Notes: generated from the sequence alone by a model not told the origin. DNA of 64,000 nucleotides from Phycisphaerales bacterium (GCA_027451365.1 DAIDJN010000058.1:32001-96000), one strand, 5' to 3'; shown: positions 51,092-60,021, counted from the first letter of the stretch. Numbers and translations are program-made.

Positions 51092-52252
51092 GTGATATTG
51101 GAAAATCCGCTGCAAAAATGTCATGAACAGGCGGAGGCTTCCTTTTTGCCTTATGGCCCGCTGATTCAGATCGTTGAAAGTTTTGGTCAGCCGGAAATTG
51201 AATATGCCGCAATCCGTAAGGGAACCGGCCTGATGGATTCCCCGCACCGGGGGGTGCTTGAGATAACCGGTAAAGATCGGCTCGCATTTTTGAACAATCT
51301 TTTGACCAATGATGTCAAGTCACTGGTTCCCGGTTGCGGCTGCTATGCGTTCCTGCTGAACACCAAGGGCCGGATTACCGCAGATATATATGTGCTTAAT
51401 TTGCCGGACCGCACGCTGCTGGAACTTGATGCCCGGTTGACCGATCAAATTTGCGCATTCCTGAATCAGTATCTGTTCGCGGAAGATGTTCAAATCCAAA
51501 ACCGTTCCGCCGTTTTCCGGCGATTAACACTCTGCGGGCCGGCCAGCGCCCTGCTGCTGGCCCGGCTGACGCCGCCGGGGGGATTGTCGCTTTCCGATGG
51601 CCTGTTTACCGTTCGCGAGGGATTGCTGACTGCCGAGGGCAAAACTTTTGGGGTAACTGCGTTCAAGAACGACCTCTGTGGCGAACCGCAGTGGGATTTA
51701 CTGGTTCCCAATGAAGCCGCCCCGGTGCTTTGGGATTCGCTTCTGGAATTTGCCCAGCGTACCGAAGACCGGCCCGGATCAGAATTTAATCTGCGAGCCA
51801 TCGGCTGGTCGGCATTTAATATTGCACGGATTGAAGCCGGCACGCCGCTATTGGGTATCGACATTGGCGATCAGGCGCTTCCCCTTGAAACCTCGCACTG
51901 GTATGCCCGCGCCGTACATCCGCAAAAAGGATGTTATCTTGGCCAGGAAGTAGTGGCCCGCATGCATGTGCGGAACCTGTGTGCCCGGCGAATTGTGGGA
52001 TTGAAAATCAGTGGCCACGCCGTCCCCGTGGCCGGTGCCGAATTGCGTATTCCGGATAAAACTGTCGGTATGGTCACCAGCAGTTGCATGTCGCCTCTGC
52101 TGGGTAACACGCCCATCGCACTGGCCTATATGGAAAGTGCGCACAGCGTTGCGGGCCGCGAATTTGAAGTATATACCAGCGGCGGTAAAACGACTGCCAT
52201 AGTTGCGGACCTGCCGTTCGTGCGTGGCCGAGCGGCGATTGGCTCTCCATAA
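51092..52252 (+). CDS. ygfZ: YgfZ/GcvT-family folate-binding protein
   Basis: GKDRLAFLNNLLTND, KGRI, ARIEAG, KGCYLGQEVVAR signature. Confidence 0.88.
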   Translation: MILENPLQKCHEQAEASFLPYGPLIQIVESFGQPEIEYAAIRKGTGLMDSPHRGVLEITGKDRLAFLNNLLTNDVKSLVPGCGCYAFLLNTKGRITADIYVLNLPDRTLLELDARLTDQICAFLNQYLFAEDVQIQNRSAVFRRLTLCGPASALLLARLTPPGGLSLSDGLFTVREGLLTAEGKTFGVTAFKNDLCGEPQWDLLVPNEAAPVLWDSLLEFAQRTEDRPGSEFNLRAIGWSAFNIARIEAGTPLLGIDIGDQALPLETSHWYARAVHPQKGCYLGQEVVARMHVRNLCARRIVGLKISGHAVPVAGAELRIPDKTVGMVTSSCMSPLLGNTPIALAYMESAHSVAGREFEVYTSGGKTTAIVADLPFVRGRAAIGSP

Positions 52253-52274
52253 TTGACCCTGAAGGATTTCAACC

Positions 52275-52667
52275 ATGACTCAACCATTGCGCATTCTGGA
52301 TGTGGGCCAGTGCGGATTCGATCATTCCGCAATTGCTGATGTTGTGCACAAACAGACCGGCGCAATTGTCGAACAGGCTGGTTCCGCTGCGCAGGCCGTG
52401 GCAATTCTGGCTTGCCAATCCTACGACCTGGTGCTGATTAATCGCATTCTGGATGGCGACGGAACCTCAGGTGTCGATCTGATTGCCCAGTTAAAAACCA
52501 ATCCCAATTGCCCGCCGCTGATGATGGTCAGCAACTATCCGGACGCCCAGCGGGCGGCCGTAAAAGCCGGAGCGCTGGAAGGATTTGGAAAAAACGCCTT
52601 GTATCTTGCGAGCACCGCGAAAATTCTGCAGGCGGCTGTTGAACGAAAGACCGCATCCGGTGGTTGA
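52275..52667 (+). CDS. Single-domain receiver-like protein (atypical)
   Basis: ILDVGQCGFDH, YDLVLINRILD, MMVSNY, GA..GFGK; Asn at the usual phosphoacceptor Asp position. Confidence 0.75.
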   Translation: MTQPLRILDVGQCGFDHSAIADVVHKQTGAIVEQAGSAAQAVAILACQSYDLVLINRILDGDGTSGVDLIAQLKTNPNCPPLMMVSNYPDAQRAAVKAGALEGFGKNALYLASTAKILQAAVERKTASGG

Positions 52668-52689
52668 TTCACAACCTGCCGCGATCGGG

Positions 52690-53358
52690 CTAGTCAGGTA
52701 GACCGAATTTATAACGAAGAAGCTGCACTAAAAACATTTGACGGCCGAAAGACAGCCCGGACCCGAAGCGGGTATTAGAAGGTCCTTCGATGATAATGTT
52801 CGCATTGTTACTGCCGGGATACTGGAAATGAATACCCGATGTATACACGCGCGATGCTCCGGTAATCGTGATTTTCTTTTCCCAGCCCAGTTTGCCCACT
52901 CCGGCAAAAATAGTCAGGTCTTCGCCGCGGGCGGTTAATTCCACTTTGCCCGCCACGCACAGGATTGCAAAGCTCCAGAACAATATGGAACCAAGTAAAA
53001 ATGGAATCCCGAAAAGCGACATGACCAGGTCGAATTTGCCCGCAATAATTTGGCTGCCGTAAATGCCGCCAAGTGAACCACCCGACCAGACGCACATGAA
53101 CGGTATAAGAAAAAACGCCACGGGTGAACGTGTGGTTGCGCCGGCTGTCCAGCCGTCCATTGTCTCCCGGTACCAGCACCCTTTGGGCGGGTTGGTGGTC
53201 GGATCAAACCTCGGGGGTGATTTGGTTGCGGGCACCGCGCCGACCAATTCACTAAGTTGATAGGCATGGCTGCAAGCGCGGCAAAAGGCCACATTGTTCG
53301 CCACGTTCACGTCGGTATCACCCAAGGGTGCCCCGCAATTGGGACAAACCAGTTGCAA
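52690..53358 (-). CDS. Hypothetical membrane protein with N-terminal zinc ribbon
   Basis: CPNC...CRAC, two hydrophobic segments, TTG start with GGAG. Confidence 0.75.
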   Translation of the reverse strand: MQLVCPNCGAPLGDTDVNVANNVAFCRACSHAYQLSELVGAVPATKSPPRFDPTTNPPKGCWYRETMDGWTAGATTRSPVAFFLIPFMCVWSGGSLGGIYGSQIIAGKFDLVMSLFGIPFLLGSILFWSFAILCVAGKVELTARGEDLTIFAGVGKLGWEKKITITGASRVYTSGIHFQYPGSNNANIIIEGPSNTRFGSGLSFGRQMFLVQLLRYKFGLPD

Positions 53359-53390
53359 ACAGCAAACTCCGAAGGAATCGAATAAAGGAA

Positions 53391-53431
53391 TGCCACACCC
53401 AACACAATGAGGCCGCTGGGGATCGAACCCA
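53391..53431. repeat. Left att core (duplicated tRNA-Lys 3' 24 nt plus 17 nt of downstream sequence)
   Basis: TGCCACACCCAACACAATGAGGCCGCTGGGGATCGAACCCA, identical to 62073-62113. Confidence 0.97.
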
Positions 53432-53598
53432 CCACTCCCATAGCCTTATCATCGGGAAATACGCAAGGTTCCAAAGTTAGTGAGCCATCTGTGATACCAT
53501 TTGACCCGGATTTAGACGCCATAATCAAGTCATGGCCGACCCTGCCTGAACCGATCAGGCTGGCCATTGCGGCATTGGCCGGGACTGGTGCGAAATGA
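53407..53598 (+). CDS. Detached 3' segment of the integrase gene (alternative C-terminus restored on excision)
   Basis: Begins MRPLGIEP in the same frame as the integrase crossing the right att; continues ...DPDLDAIIKSWPTLPEPIRLAIAALAGTGAK. Confidence 0.8.
   Translation: MRPLGIEPTTPIALSSGNTQGSKVSEPSVIPFDPDLDAIIKSWPTLPEPIRLAIAALAGTGAK
53490..53501 (+). repeat. Putative integrase arm-type site
   Basis: TGTGATACCATT, identical to tandem copies at 61936-61959; degenerate copy immediately upstream. Confidence 0.75.
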
Positions 53599-53792
53599 GC
53601 AATACCAATTTACAAATTCGCAATGCCGACGATTTACGAAAATACTTCGCAAATGCGGACCCGAAAGACGTGGCGGCACTTTGGGAGGTTATTCGGGCTT
53701 GGCCGGCAATGCCGCCAGGTGTTAAGAAAGCGATTTTGTCGATTACATTGATTGATTGGGAGGCCGCGCGCAAGCTGGCGGCTAAAAAATAG
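53595..53792 (+). CDS. Small protein paralogous to the integrase alternative tail
   Basis: VIRAWPAMPPGVKKAILSI aligns with IIKSWPTLPEPIRLAIAAL; ATGA overlap with the preceding stop. Confidence 0.7.
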   Translation: MSNTNLQIRNADDLRKYFANADPKDVAALWEVIRAWPAMPPGVKKAILSITLIDWEAARKLAAKK

Positions 53793-53853
53793 GATCAAAT
53801 ATCGCGTTGCCACCGGCGATAACAGGTGGCATATCCGTGTTGGAGTGTTTTTT

Positions 53854-54084
53854 ATGGTTGCCAATGTTGAAAACTTTCTGCGAGCGGTTAAGCGTAACGG
53901 CTTTATGCTTTCGCCCGTGGTGCCGGGGTTGGCCAGCTTATCGCCGGTTGGATGGAAATGTGAGCCAGGCGATTTTTGCGTCCCTTATGTGATGGTGCGG
54001 CCAGCCGACCTTAAAACGCCAGAAGCTGTCATTCGCAAAATCCAATCCCGTTTTGCGAATCGCGAGGCATTAACCGCCGCGTGA
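53854..54084 (+). CDS. Small hypothetical protein
   Basis: GGAG upstream of ATG 53854; co-oriented with neighbours. Confidence 0.55.
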   Translation: MVANVENFLRAVKRNGFMLSPVVPGLASLSPVGWKCEPGDFCVPYVMVRPADLKTPEAVIRKIQSRFANREALTAA

Positions 54085-54177
54085 CATTACAAGGCCCATA
54101 GAAATGAAGCCTGGCGTTTTTTTTCTTCGCGTTGCGGAGGGGCGCCGGGCTTTTTTCCTTCTATACAAGGCGTATCC

Positions 54178-55104
54178 GTGAAGATTATTGGTGTAACGAT
54201 TGGTACAGGCGGCCAGTTTCCGGCGATGGCGGAATTGGCCGCAAAGCGGTTTGAGGCCGCAACCGGCCTTGAATGCCGGCTCTTAAAACCATCCGACTAT
54301 TTCCCGCGGGCAGGAAAACTTGAATCAATGTTAGCTCGCTATAAGACGTTTGAAGCGTTTCCTGACGCGGATGCCGTGGTCTACTTTGACGCCGATCTGG
54401 CCTTTGTCCGCAAATGGAACCCTGTTGAATTGTTTGCCGCAGAAAGTCGGCTGATGATGGTTGTTGACGGACATTGGGACGGTCTTGAGGCTGAAGCAAG
54501 AAAACTTGGGATGCCCTTGACGGACTACCATAACGCGGGCTTTCACCTGGCCAACCGTGAACATCACGCGGAATTGTTCCACCGGTTTTTGAAATGGTTT
54601 AATGAAATTCCCCGAATGGAATACGGCGATCAATCCGCGTTTAATCTTTTCCTGCAAATGACGGGCACGCCAGTTGCAGATTTGCCGGCAACGTATAATT
54701 TTTTTGCCCATGAATGGCCGAACGCGAAAGAGCAAATTGACCCGATGGGGGTTATTGGATGGCATTGCGCGGCGAATGAAAAGCCTTTATTCCTTGAAAT
54801 CGCTTCTTTGGGTGTAAGAGAGTGTTTTAAGCCGGATCCGGTCCCGGACGGTCTATGCAATCGCCGTTTTTGGTACAACTACGGCGGCGCATCTGACCGC
54901 ATCATGGTATTAAGCCCTGACGGGCGAATTGTCCATGGATGGGGCGGCTACGAGATGTTTTGGTGGATGAAAAATGGTGATCTGTTATTCTCTAACCATA
55001 AACGAAAAACGTGCAGTTTCGTTCGAGTAGGCGATGGATGGGCGGGCCACTGGTTGGTGGATTCCCTCCCGGCGTGCACACTAAAACCAGTCTTGCTGCC
55101 ATAA
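54178..55104 (+). CDS. GT-A fold glycosyltransferase (GT8-like), element cargo
   Basis: RYK, VYFDADL (DxD), YHNAGF, GDQSAFN, LPATYNF, WH. Confidence 0.8.
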   Translation: MKIIGVTIGTGGQFPAMAELAAKRFEAATGLECRLLKPSDYFPRAGKLESMLARYKTFEAFPDADAVVYFDADLAFVRKWNPVELFAAESRLMMVVDGHWDGLEAEARKLGMPLTDYHNAGFHLANREHHAELFHRFLKWFNEIPRMEYGDQSAFNLFLQMTGTPVADLPATYNFFAHEWPNAKEQIDPMGVIGWHCAANEKPLFLEIASLGVRECFKPDPVPDGLCNRRFWYNYGGASDRIMVLSPDGRIVHGWGGYEMFWWMKNGDLLFSNHKRKTCSFVRVGDGWAGHWLVDSLPACTLKPVLLP

Positions 55105-55114
55105 GGTGGTGCGA

Positions 55115-55768
55115 CTACCTTGAAACTTCAACCGTGAGGAAACCTGAATCGTTGGCGAGATTGCCGGTGTAGTTATACATTTGCATTTTAAGCCTGCCGT
55201 CTTGGCTTGCCCGCAGGTGTGCGTAGTCGCCTATTTTGAAGGGTTTGCCGTTTCCGATCTTGCCCTCAAGGTAGCCGTGAAAAATATGGTTCACAGGATC
55301 ATTCAATCCATCTGGTCCGCAGGCATACCGCAGATGCTTTCCCCAGGTGCTCCAACGTCCGCTGGCGCTGATCGTCACTGATTCGCCTTTCCGCAGGGAA
55401 ATTGTGGTCTGCCAGTTTTTTGTAGCATAGATGCGAAACTTCAATCCGTGAGCGATTTGGGGTTGTACGGCCGCGATCCATTTCTGTATCAGTACTGCGT
55501 CTTTCAAATTTCCGCGTTGCATGACGTGTTTTTCCGCAATCTTGAGCCGCGCGACTTCCTGGCGACGGGCCGCTGCGACGGCATCCTGATATTTCTGGCG
55601 GGCCACGCGGATCGCGATCCGGGCACGATTGATCGCGGCTAAAGCCGTGATGGAATTTGGCAATGGAAGCGGTGGCGGATTAACGGGCGATGTCCAGGCA
55701 TTCAGTATGGACGACAGGCAAACAACCGTGGTGAGTGAAACAACAACAACAATTCGAGCAAACTTCAT
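55115..55768 (-). CDS. Secreted protein with helical region and C-terminal PA-IL/LecA-like beta-sandwich
   Basis: Signal peptide; ATKNWQTT.I.L.KGE.VTISASGRW...GPDG...L.GKIG.G.PF.IG...G.L...N.G pattern. Confidence 0.6.
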   Translation of the reverse strand: MKFARIVVVVSLTTVVCLSSILNAWTSPVNPPPLPLPNSITALAAINRARIAIRVARQKYQDAVAAARRQEVARLKIAEKHVMQRGNLKDAVLIQKWIAAVQPQIAHGLKFRIYATKNWQTTISLRKGESVTISASGRWSTWGKHLRYACGPDGLNDPVNHIFHGYLEGKIGNGKPFKIGDYAHLRASQDGRLKMQMYNYTGNLANDSGFLTVEVSR

Positions 55769-55885
55769 GACTGGTTCTCCTTGATTCGCAGAATTCGCAC
55801 TGGCTAAAACCAATCGTATCACGCGCGGGCGCCGCGTGCAAAAGCGTTAAGGGCCGTGCGAAGCTAATTTTTGCGATATATAGGT

Positions 55886-56098
55886 ATGGAAGACCGTGTC
55901 CGCATAATCCTGTCATGCCCGCGAAGCCAGGGGGCGTTTATTCCGATTGAACCGGCTGCGCCGGAGCCGCCAGAGACGCCAGATTATTCCGATGATGAAC
56001 TGGAAATTTTAAGGCTCTCAACTCAAAGGCGTGCCGACGCCGGCGAACCATCCGCAATAACCCGCCGCATGGCCGATCTGGCTTATGCCGGCCAGTAA
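55886..56098 (+). CDS. Small hypothetical protein
   Basis: ORF MEDRVRII...; no recognisable motif; start approximate. Confidence 0.4.
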   Translation: MEDRVRIILSCPRSQGAFIPIEPAAPEPPETPDYSDDELEILRLSTQRRADAGEPSAITRRMADLAYAGQ

Positions 56099-56213
56099 AA
56101 CCAAGTCTAAAAACGCGCATGCGCGATTCTGCGATTGAATAGCGATTAACCAATGTAAGCCAACGCACAGTGCCTTGAATCGGCACCGCTGGCTTGTTTT
56201 GGAGAATCGAACC

Positions 56214-56414
56214 ATGGAACGCGAGGAACAGCCCGAACTTCAAACGCTTCTGACCCTTGAGCAATCCGCACAGGTCTTGCAGGTAAGCCTGCGGACGATT
56301 TGGAAGCTGATCTCTACGGGCGAACTCCCCAAGCCGTTGCGGATCGGCCATAGCCGCCGATTCCGGCGTGCCGATCTGGAAAACTATATTGAGACCCTTA
56401 CCGCGGCGCGTTGA
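56214..56414 (+). CDS. Excisionase/AlpA-like HTH protein
   Basis: LLTLEQSAQVLQVSLRTIWKLISTGELPKPLRIGHSRRF; GGAG RBS. Confidence 0.85.
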   Translation: MEREEQPELQTLLTLEQSAQVLQVSLRTIWKLISTGELPKPLRIGHSRRFRRADLENYIETLTAAR

Positions 56415-56664
56415 TTATTCTAAAAAAATAGGCCGTTGGCATCCGACAAAAAACACCAACGGCCATAAAAATCCGGAGGCCGCGAAGTTATGCGGTATCG
56501 GCCGCACACTTTTTTTGGGCCTCGTTTCAAGCGGACGCGCACCGGCACCTATCCGGCTGGGCGGTAAACGCTGCGTCTGGCGAAAACAGGAGCTATCGGC
56601 CTGGGTGGCTGCCGGATGCCCGACGCGGGACGAGTTTAAAAAACTGCAAAGTCTGAAAAAGTGA
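56368..56664 (+). CDS. Second AlpA-like HTH protein; start unclear, possibly 5'-damaged
   Basis: EAAKLCGIGRT.......GRAPAPIRLGG...WRKQELSAWVAAGCP; only in-frame start is a GTG inside the previous gene. Confidence 0.65.
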   Translation: MPIWKTILRPLPRRVDYSKKIGRWHPTKNTNGHKNPEAAKLCGIGRTLFLGLVSSGRAPAPIRLGGKRCVWRKQELSAWVAAGCPTRDEFKKLQSLKK

Positions 56665-56725
56665 TATTAAAAAAAAGGCCGCCAAGTGGACTAAACCTGA
56701 CGGCCTGAAAATTTAGGATAAAGCA

Positions 56726-58783
56726 ATGATACACATTCCTAATGCCACACACAAGTTGAAGGAATCGCTTTGTCTGATTCCGACCGAACTCAAAGAAATT
56801 CAGCAATGGGTTATGTGGCGAATAGTTGACGGGCGAAAAATTCCGTTCACCACCACCGGGCGCTCCGCTTCCTCAACCAAACCTAAAACGTGGGCCAGTT
56901 TTGATGCCGCGATTGCCTCCTATCGGTCTGGCGGATTTGCGGGCATTGGCTTTGTCTTTGCAAAGGATGATCCGTACTGCGGTATCGACCTTGACCATTG
57001 TATAAAACCGGATGGCACACTTGAAGCGTGGGCCGCGAAGATCATTCAAGACTTCGCAAGTTATGCGGAGGTGTCACCAAGTGGTACCGGCGTAAAGATT
57101 TTTATTCGTGGTAAGAAGCCCAGTGCTAAATGCCGCTTCGAGATTAACAAGGCCACCGGCCAGCATATCGAGATTTACGACAGTGGCCGGTATTTCACGG
57201 TCACGGGAAATCGCTGGGCGGATTGCCCATTGGTTATTTCCGATCGGCAACCGAAGCTTAATACTCTGTTCGCAGAATACTTTTCAGGGCAAGCGCCGCC
57301 AGTAACAAAGCCAGAATTACCACCCCTTACTGAGCATGTGAAAAATAATGCTTCCACACATGAGCGGTGCCACAGGTACTTGGACACGATTCCGGGGGCC
57401 ATTTCCGGGCAAGGTGGCCACAACCGGACATTGGAGGCCGCGGCAACATGCTTTCGTTTTGGGCTGTCCGAAAGCGACGCATGGAATCTACTGACCGAAT
57501 TCAATGAACGATGCCAACCCCCATGGAATGAAAGGGAACTCCGCCACAAGTTGGCTGACGGCGAAAAGCTTGTACGGGGCGCCGGCGAATTTGGAAAATT
57601 GCTAGATGGGCGGTCCGAACCAGTAGCCGCGGCACCGAGGCCCACAACGGCGGCGCCCGCAGCGGTTCCGAAAGCTCCCGCGTTGAAGTTTCTGGACGTT
57701 GCGAATTGCCGAAATTATTCCAAACCACAGGCGTGGGCGTTCAAGGGATGGATCCCATCGGGCCTTGTCACGGTTCTGGGCGCCCATGGCGGCACGGGAA
57801 AAAGCATGTTCAGCCTGATCGCGGCTATTTGCTTGGCGGCTGGTCATGAATTCCTTGGCCAACAATGTGAGCCAATAAAGGCGTGCTACTTCTCCGCTGA
57901 AGATGGTCCGGATATTCTTTATCCAAGGATGGCCGCGATCTGCGACGCCCTGGATGAAGACCCCGCAACGCTGGCTGACCGCCTGACGGTCATTGACGCC
58001 GAAAGCAACCCAGTCCTATTTGAGGAAGTCACAACCGGCAAAAGCGCGATGATCACCACGCCGACCTATGCGGCTCTGCTGGAACACATTCAGCAAACCG
58101 GCTGCAAGTTTGTGATCATTGACGGCGCTTCCGACACTTATGATGGTGAGGAAAACGCACGCCGGCAGGTGCGGGCATACATGCGAAGCCTGCGGATTCT
58201 GGCACAGGCAACAAATGCTGCAATCGTCCTACTGGCACACGTCCCAAAGACCAACACACGCGGCCAAAGCACGGAAAGTTATTCCGGTTCAACCGCCTGG
58301 CACAACAGCGCCCGGTCAAGGCTGGCGCTGGTTGTGGATGAATTTGCGCCCGGGATAATTGAACTCCGGCACGAAAAATGCAACGTGGGAAAACTTCAAT
58401 CCGCATTTCAATTCAAGTTTTCAGATAGCGGCATTTTATTACCGGTTGGCCAGTCCGGCGAGGTTAATTCCAACGCCGACAAACAGGCGATATTAAGAAT
58501 AATCATGGAATTTAACGCCCGCGGAGAGACCCTTTACGCCTCGACCGCGTGTGCGCAGAACGCATTCAAGGCAATGGCTGGCGAGCCTGGATTTCCAAAG
58601 AAAATGCGCAAGCCAGCATTCGATAGCCTGATGCGGTCCATGGCGAGAGAGGGTCTTATTCAAATAGAACAAATTCAAACCAAACAGCGGCGATTTGTGG
58701 ACGGATGGCGAATCGCAGAACTGGGTATTGCCGCGATAAATGTAGACCTTGCCACCGGCGAAGTTTTGGAGTCGCAGCCATGA
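56726..58783 (+). CDS. Primase-polymerase (NrS-1-like AEP) fused to a RepA/AAA_25-type helicase
   Basis: QWVMW, GIGFVF, GIDLDHC, EVSPSGTG, IEIY..GRYFTVTG; helical linker CQPPW..REL; GAHGGTGKS, SAED, IIDG, H, GSTAW. Confidence 0.88.
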   Translation: MIHIPNATHKLKESLCLIPTELKEIQQWVMWRIVDGRKIPFTTTGRSASSTKPKTWASFDAAIASYRSGGFAGIGFVFAKDDPYCGIDLDHCIKPDGTLEAWAAKIIQDFASYAEVSPSGTGVKIFIRGKKPSAKCRFEINKATGQHIEIYDSGRYFTVTGNRWADCPLVISDRQPKLNTLFAEYFSGQAPPVTKPELPPLTEHVKNNASTHERCHRYLDTIPGAISGQGGHNRTLEAAATCFRFGLSESDAWNLLTEFNERCQPPWNERELRHKLADGEKLVRGAGEFGKLLDGRSEPVAAAPRPTTAAPAAVPKAPALKFLDVANCRNYSKPQAWAFKGWIPSGLVTVLGAHGGTGKSMFSLIAAICLAAGHEFLGQQCEPIKACYFSAEDGPDILYPRMAAICDALDEDPATLADRLTVIDAESNPVLFEEVTTGKSAMITTPTYAALLEHIQQTGCKFVIIDGASDTYDGEENARRQVRAYMRSLRILAQATNAAIVLLAHVPKTNTRGQSTESYSGSTAWHNSARSRLALVVDEFAPGIIELRHEKCNVGKLQSAFQFKFSDSGILLPVGQSGEVNSNADKQAILRIIMEFNARGETLYASTACAQNAFKAMAGEPGFPKKMRKPAFDSLMRSMAREGLIQIEQIQTKQRRFVDGWRIAELGIAAINVDLATGEVLESQP

Positions 58784-58808
58784 CCCATAACACCGATTTA
58801 CAGGGTTT

Positions 58809-58895
58809 TGCGCGGAGTGCGCGGACGTTGCGCGGACGCATGTTTGCACGGTCTGCACAAAAAGGTGTGGATGTGGTGTCCCGCTTCTGCGCGGA
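58809..58895 (+). repeat. Iteron-like TGCGCGGA repeats, putative replication origin
   Basis: Exact copies at 58809, 58818, 58829, 58888; variant TGCACGGT at 58845; directly after the primase-helicase gene. Confidence 0.6.
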
Positions 58896-59048
58896 CACAC
58901 ACAGCCTATGGGGTATGGGGGACGTCCGCGCGGTCGAAAATCAGGCTTTGATCGGCGAGCTGTTTTGTGAGGAAAATAAGGCGACGCCACCGGCCTTAAA
59001 CATGTGGTATTTTTCAAACGCCGCTTAGGCGGCAGAATAGGAACTCAA

Positions 59049-59477
59049 ATGAGTGTTTCAGAGTTACTGGCGTCCAAACGCGAAGCCGCACAGAAGCCGG
59101 CACGCGGTCGATACTGGACCATGATCCGGAAGGTGGCCGGGAAGGCGGACGTAACCACGGCTGAAGCGGCCGCACTGGCCAACGCGGCCGGTGAAGCTGG
59201 TATTCCGGTTGACCGCATTGATGGCGACATTGCCCGCGCCCGGTCCGTGGCGGACGCGAAAGCTTTTATCGCGGCCAATGATAGCATTTCGCAAAAGCAG
59301 ATTGCCCATGGCGAAAAGCTTCTGGAAATGCAAAACACCGCGGAACAGGCACAGATTGCCTTGGAGAATTTCCGCATTCCGTGGTCACTGGAAAATCAGA
59401 GGCTGACGGCGATTGCCAACCGCCTGACCGAATTTGAAGGCATGATCGCCATGTTCGAAGCGGAAATAACCGCATAA
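59049..59477 (+). CDS. Hypothetical alpha-helical protein
   Basis: AGGA RBS; Ala/Glu-rich, coiled-coil-like C-terminal half. Confidence 0.65.
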   Translation: MSVSELLASKREAAQKPARGRYWTMIRKVAGKADVTTAEAAALANAAGEAGIPVDRIDGDIARARSVADAKAFIAANDSISQKQIAHGEKLLEMQNTAEQAQIALENFRIPWSLENQRLTAIANRLTEFEGMIAMFEAEITA

Positions 59478-59490
59478 TTTTCTGGTGTCG

Positions 59491-59552
59491 CCGGCAGGTG
59501 GCAAAGGGTTCTGTTGCGGCTGATTCTGCAACGCCGCCTGCCGGTTTTTTTT
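59491..59552 (+). terminator. Terminator-like stem with structured loop and T8 tail
   Basis: CCGGCAGGTGGC pairs with GCCGCCTGCCGG (one G-U), followed by TTTTTTTT. Confidence 0.6.
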
Positions 59553-59566
59553 AAGGAAATGCAAAA

Positions 59567-59932
59567 ATGAATCTTGGATTTTTAGATTTTGTCGGGGAGC
59601 TACGCCGGTATGGCATTCAAATCCGGTGCCGTGGCACGAGTTTGCAATATCGGGCCGACCGACGCCGCCAACTGTGCCCCTTGGATATGCTGTACTCGCT
59701 TTTCTGGCGATCCCACGATATTCACGCGGAGATTAGCGGTAATGGGCAATTCTACCGGGAAAGCCCTGATCCGGATGGTTGGCATTCTGTTTCGCCTGAA
59801 AGGTGGCACCGGGAGCTAATTGAACGCGGCATAGGGTGCCTGGCGACATTGATAAACTCGGAACTTGGCCGCCGCAACGCCAGCCACGCTGGCCGCCAGA
59901 CTGGAGCAAGCGGGGCGTCCTGCAAAAGTTAG
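59567..59932 (+). CDS. Hypothetical protein, N-terminus resembles TubC_N-like small domains of mobile elements
   Basis: ELRRYGIQIRCRGTSLQYRA pattern; AAGGA RBS; domain similarity is weak. Confidence 0.55.
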   Translation: MNLGFLDFVGELRRYGIQIRCRGTSLQYRADRRRQLCPLDMLYSLFWRSHDIHAEISGNGQFYRESPDPDGWHSVSPERWHRELIERGIGCLATLINSELGRRNASHAGRQTGASGASCKS

Positions 59933-60021
59933 CCCCTTGGCCGACTACCCCGCCCAGGACGGTCAAACGGGCCTGTATGGGCGTCTAATAGCGTCATTTT
60001 TGAGTAAAAAGGGTGTAAACC

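Noticed and set aside
53408..53431. Second tRNA gene
   Set aside because: Only the 3' 24 nt are present; it is the att duplication
58780..59028. ORF overlapping the primase stop (ATGA)
   Set aside because: Coincides with the iteron-like repeats and has no recognisable motif; not called as a gene, though not excluded
59632..59646. TGGCACGAGTTTGC as a sigma54 promoter
   Set aside because: GG-GC spacing is 9 rather than 10 and it lies inside a likely CDS
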